Below the pieces are notes generated by a model. That model was given only the letters and a program-made list of their open reading frames with translations. It made no database searches and had not been told where the DNA came from. 64,000 bases of DNA from Candidatus Obscuribacteraceae bacterium. GTDB taxonomy: Bacteria; Cyanobacteriota; Vampirovibrionia; Obscuribacterales; Obscuribacteraceae. Shown piece after piece: positions 60,292 to 64,000 of this stretch (the first letter of the stretch is position 1; each line of letters starts with the position of its first letter). The stretch spans positions 64,001 to 128,000 of the forward strand of contig JBGASG010000011.1 of the NCBI GenBank assembly GCA_044229845.1, in the 5' to 3' direction. The position numbers were made by a program, and so were the translations under genes.

Positions 60292-61554
60292 ACAATAACG
60301 AATGTGAGCGCGCAATCAAATGCTGGGTGCTGGTGCGGAAAAACAGCCTCTTCGCCGGCTCCGACGAAGGCGCGAAAGCCACTGCCATCCATCTCTCCTT
60401 TATCGCTTCCGCCAAGCGCAACGGCATTAACCCGGTCGATTGGTATGCCGATGTCCTCTCGCGCATCAACAGCCTAAAAACGAACCAACTTCAACAACTT
60501 CTTCCTCAGAATTGGTCTCCACCATAAGGCTCACGTCTTCAGTGGTAACCGTCTTAGGAAATCAGATTGACATTCGCTGCGCTACGACGTAGAGCAGCGG
60601 ACGGACACCACGTAGCCGGCAAATGCATTCTCGTCTCCGGACACGATATGAAAGTATTGCTTGAGTTGCTCAAACAAACTGAGGGCAAAGGCATAAACAT
60701 ATACACTCACGGCGAGATGCTGCCTGCCCACAGCTATCCGCAGCTCAAAAAGTTTCCGCATCTAATCGGCAACTATGGAACAGCATGGCAAAACCAGGTC
60801 AGCGAATTTGCCGCTTTCCCCGGCGCCATATTGATGACCACCAATTGTTTGAAACCACCTGCGGAACCGTATGCCAATAGATTGTTCACCAATGATGTGG
60901 TGGGTTTTGCCGGACTGAAAAAGGCAATCGGGTTCGACTTCCGCGAACTGATCGACTGCGCCCTGCAGTGCGAAGGTTTTAAAGAAACCGAACCGGAACG
61001 TTTCACGACTATAGGATTCGGGCATAACGCGGTGCTTGGCGTCGCAGACAAGGTCGTCAGTGCCGTTAAAGGTGGAAAGATCAAGCACTTCTTTTTGATC
61101 GGTGGTTGCGATGGCGCGGAGTTCTCACGCAATTACTTTACTGAAATCGCGGAACTGATTCCGAACGACTGCATGATCCTCACTCTCGGCTGCGGGAAGT
61201 ATCGCCTCAATCACCTGGATCTGGGCGAAATTGACGGACTGCCTCGTTTGCTCGACATGGGTCAATGCAATGACTCCTATTCGGCAATCATCGTAGCCAG
61301 TGCTCTGGCGCAAGCTTTTGACTGCACCATCAACGAACTGCCGCTTTCGCTGATCATCTCCTGGTTCGAACAAAAGGCTGTGGCGGTTTTGTTAACCTTG
61401 CTGTACCTGGGCGTTCGCAATATACGGCTCGGTCCCAATCTGCCGGCTTTTTTGACACCGCCGGTTCTGCAGCGGCTTGTTGACACATTTGATCTGAAAC
61501 CGGTGACCAGACCGGCACATGACTTAGAGGCAATATTGTCCTAGCCCGGCGCAG

Positions 61555-62139
61555 TTATTTCTTCGCTATCTCAATTTCAATGTCGGGAGCTAGATCCTGA
61601 GGCTCCACGAACGAACCGTATCGAGTGACTCTCTGTCCGTCTCGGCTCACCAGAAACTTGGTGAAATTCCACGTGACCTTCTCTGTGTCGAGAGAATTTA
61701 GCGCTCTCTTTTTCAGAAACTTGTACAAAGGATGTGCCTTGTCACCATTGACGTCGATTTTCTGGAACATCTGAAACTTAATGCCATTGCCGTGATAAAA
61801 CCGAGCAATCTCAGCATTCGTTCCGGGTTCCTTGCCGCCAAGTTGGTTGCAGGGAAAGCCCAGAACGACCAATCCCTTTGCAGCGAATCTCTCGTGGAGC
61901 TTCTCCAATTCAGCCATTTGAGCAGTCATGCCGCACTGGCTGGCAGTATTGACTACGAGAACGACTTTGCCTTTGTAGGAGGCAAAGTCAATGCTCTCTC
62001 CGTCAAGAGATTTGGCGCTCAATTGATAGAGTGAAGCACTATCGCCAGAAGAGTTTGGCTCACTCCAGATCGGCGTACCACTCAAGAAATTGGCGCAAAG
62101 CAAAGCGCCGACTACATTCACAATGGTCTTTGAGTGCAT
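61555..62139 (-). CDS. Glutathione peroxidase family protein (Cys-type), possible signal peptide
   Basis: VNTASQCG, LGFPCNQ, WNFTKFLV. Confidence 0.92.
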   Translation of the reverse strand: MHSKTIVNVVGALLCANFLSGTPIWSEPNSSGDSASLYQLSAKSLDGESIDFASYKGKVVLVVNTASQCGMTAQMAELEKLHERFAAKGLVVLGFPCNQLGGKEPGTNAEIARFYHGNGIKFQMFQKIDVNGDKAHPLYKFLKKRALNSLDTEKVTWNFTKFLVSRDGQRVTRYGSFVEPQDLAPDIEIEIAKK

Positions 62140-62258
62140 GACGAGTTGATCCGTTTTGGACTTCTAACCTGTGACTGAGTTTAGAACAAACGGGTGAACG
62201 TCCGGTGAAAACCGAACCGTGAATGCAGCGGATGAATGCACCGCGTTGGAATGTAGAC

Positions 62259-62289
62259 AAAAAATAGGCGGCAGTTCTAACTGCCGCCT
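62259..62289 (-). terminator. Rho-independent terminator
   Basis: AGGCGGCAGTT/AACTGCCGCCT stem followed by a T-tract on the minus strand. Confidence 0.85.
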
Positions 62290-62425
62290 TCAGGCTCTGA
62301 GTTTCCTCTGGTGCCTGCTGCCCTTGGAGGTTTATCTCGACTGTTCTTCGAGTACTTGGTGCTCGATTGAATTGTCTTGAATGCCCCCCTTGGGTTTCTC
62401 TTGTGCTTATATACTAACTCTCGTT

Positions 62426-63157
62426 CTACTCTTGCGCATCATTCTTTAGGCTGATCTCCTCCGACCTCGCTGGTGACTGCAACTGCTGCAAATGCTTGAC
62501 GAACCAAGCAGCGGCCATCTCTCCCACAAATTCCAGTCCCTCGGAATCCGCCAGGATATCTGACATCCGATCAAATGTCCGCAAACCTTTCTCACAGGAC
62601 AGAGAAGCTAGTACCTTTTCACTGGTTTCGCAGTTCGAATCATTTTGGCTTAGCAATAACAGGGTAGGAGCCTTGATGAACGGCCACGTGGCCTCCGTCT
62701 CCTCTAAGCACCCGCTCCGCGCGACTACCGCCTTAACCACATCAGGCAGCCGTGCAGCCGCAACAAACGCAGCCGCCGCGCCCTTATCGTCTCCGAAAAG
62801 TCCCAGTGGTAGAGAACGCAAGTGGCGTTGCTCTTCCAGCCAGATGATTGCGCTCACCAGACGATCGCCCAGCATCACCGTGTCGCGGCGCAAGTCCCCT
62901 GTTTTCTCATCGTAGTCAGCCTCTTCGTCGGTCAATAAATCAAAAAGCAAAGTGCCGACTTTGTATTTGTTGAGCACACTCGCCAGGTGAACATTGTCTT
63001 TTCCGCAAACTCCACTACCGTGAGCAAAGATGACGAGACACTTTGCACCTTGCGGGATAGAAAGCATTCCGCTCACTGTAACATTCCATGCCAGTTTGAC
63101 GAGGACGGGCTCACCCGGTCCCAGAGTGGTTGGCTGCGGTAGTACTCTGCGCTCCAT
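62426..63157 (-). CDS. Alpha/beta hydrolase (dienelactone hydrolase-like)
   Basis: VIFAHGSG, TLLFDLLT, AVVARSG, APTLLL; AAGGAG RBS. Confidence 0.75.
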   Translation of the reverse strand: MERRVLPQPTTLGPGEPVLVKLAWNVTVSGMLSIPQGAKCLVIFAHGSGVCGKDNVHLASVLNKYKVGTLLFDLLTDEEADYDEKTGDLRRDTVMLGDRLVSAIIWLEEQRHLRSLPLGLFGDDKGAAAAFVAAARLPDVVKAVVARSGCLEETEATWPFIKAPTLLLLSQNDSNCETSEKVLASLSCEKGLRTFDRMSDILADSEGLEFVGEMAAAWFVKHLQQLQSPARSEEISLKNDAQE

Positions 63158-63261
63158 ACGTCCGTCTCCTTGTGGCTTCACTTTGCCAGTGCCGGACACG
63201 CCGTAAAGTAATCAGCGACACCGACATGCGCCTATCGTACACATGGTTGACACGCGGTGCA

Positions 63262-63277
63262 TGACCCTTTAGGACGA
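63262..63277. promoter_or_regulatory. Palindromic operator candidate TGACCC-TTTA-GGACGA
   Basis: Variant of the recurring motif upstream of the hydrolase gene. Confidence 0.4.
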
Positions 63278-63814
63278 TTACGGGGATGGTTCGTCGTCAC
63301 CTGGAAGTTCTGCTCGAATGCCGAGATGAGAAAAATCGGACGCCTTAATGTTTTGAACAAAATCGCGAAAATCGGGAGGTGGTGTCATATCCAGTACCGG
63401 AAAACTTTCCTCCGTTTCAGCACCTTTAATCAAAAGGTCGTCGGCAACATAGATGGGAACCTCAGCAGCAAGTGCCAGCGCAAAAGCGTCCGAGGGACGA
63501 GCATCGAGTTCGATGGGCGCGCTGCGCGGGTCGCCCGCACTCAAGAAGACAGTGGCATAGTAGAGTCTGTTTTTTGAATGCGTGACCGCTACTTTCTCCA
63601 CTTTATAGTTCAATTGGTTGATGGCATCCAATAAAAGATCGTGAGACAGAGGTCTGCTCGCGCTTTTCTTCGAAAGCAACCTGCTGATCAAGACTCCCTC
63701 TTGCATGCCTACCCAGATAGGCAGCGAAGCTTCCTCTTGCAGATTGCGCAAGATCACCACTGACAAACCGGAGTGAGTGTCGATGCCAACGTCGGTTAAT
63801 TCCATCTGCAACAT
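63278..63814 (-). CDS. Bifunctional nuclease family protein (DUF151)
   Basis: LPIWVG, RPLSHDLL, DARPSDAFALAL, PIYV. Confidence 0.9.
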   Translation of the reverse strand: MLQMELTDVGIDTHSGLSVVILRNLQEEASLPIWVGMQEGVLISRLLSKKSASRPLSHDLLLDAINQLNYKVEKVAVTHSKNRLYYATVFLSAGDPRSAPIELDARPSDAFALALAAEVPIYVADDLLIKGAETEESFPVLDMTPPPDFRDFVQNIKASDFSHLGIRAELPGDDEPSP

Positions 63815-63892
63815 GAGGTTAGGCCGCTGAGAGCGACTAGCAATAAAGATATTCAATGCTTTTGTAGCATAAACGCACACAAAGCCGCATAT

Positions 63893-63917
63893 AAAAGCGG
63901 CAGCCGAAAGCTGCCGC
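63893..63917 (-). terminator. Rho-independent terminator
   Basis: GCGGCAGC/GCTGCCGC stem followed by TTTT on the minus strand. Confidence 0.7.
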
Positions 63918-64000
63918 CGTACATACCCGAATTTCTTGCTGCATTATTCTACGCGTCTGAGGAACGCGGACGAATCAGTCCAAAGACTGATTCTCAGGCG

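Larger units (their letters stand above)
56985..60527 (+). pseudogene. tnpC: IS66 transposase TnpC interrupted by a group II intron; pieces 56985-58290 and 60292-60527
   Basis: Coiled coil, CPNC/CPKC zinc finger, AGCSAHSRRRY; rejoins as PDIAI-DNNECERAI (513 aa). Confidence 0.9.
55798..60608 (+). mobile_element. IS66-family insertion sequence
   Basis: 8-bp duplication CACGTAGC (55790-55797, 60609-60616); imperfect 25-bp terminal IRs starting GTGT; tnpA-tnpB-tnpC layout. Confidence 0.92.
55076..61544 (+). pseudogene. hcp: Hybrid cluster protein (hydroxylamine/NO reductase) interrupted by IS66; pieces 55076-55797 and 60617-61544
   Basis: MFCYQCEQ...GICGK in the 5' part; [25 protein letters not shown] in the 3' part; rejoins in frame ([10 protein letters not shown]) to 549 aa. 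Confidence 0.93.

Noticed and set aside
60567..61544. Independent gene for an Hcp C-terminal domain
   Set aside because: It is the 3' half of the interrupted hcp; its TTG start lies inside the IS
61555..62139. Selenocysteine glutathione peroxidase
   Set aside because: Active-site codon is Cys and there is no in-frame TGA
1..64000. CRISPR array, tRNA or rRNA genes
   Set aside because: No regularly spaced repeats or recognisable structural RNA signatures seen by eye

Overview
A ~64 kb bacterial region dominated by anaerobic/microaerobic respiration and nitrosative-stress genes. The core is a minus-strand operon, hemY - diheme cytochrome c - narG - narH - narJ - [narI fused to a Tat-type Rieske protein] - cytochrome b - cytochrome c. 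It is accompanied by two NarK transporters, qNor, two Rrf2 regulators, a second Rieske/cytochrome b module linked to a bd-like oxidase, and Ric, NnrS-like and hemerythrin proteins. The window also holds a family 1 encapsulin with a hemerythrin-like cargo, a split class III ribonucleotide reductase, and tandem tryptophanase/tyrosine phenol-lyase genes. hcp is interrupted by an IS66-family element (8-bp target duplication) whose transposase is in turn interrupted by an antisense group II intron. A second, class IIC intron sits behind a terminator. A 6-4-6 palindrome (TCnnCC-N4-GGnnGA) recurs in about 12 intergenic regions and looks like the operator of an island-wide regulon. All protein calls come from motif recognition by eye; no database search was run.
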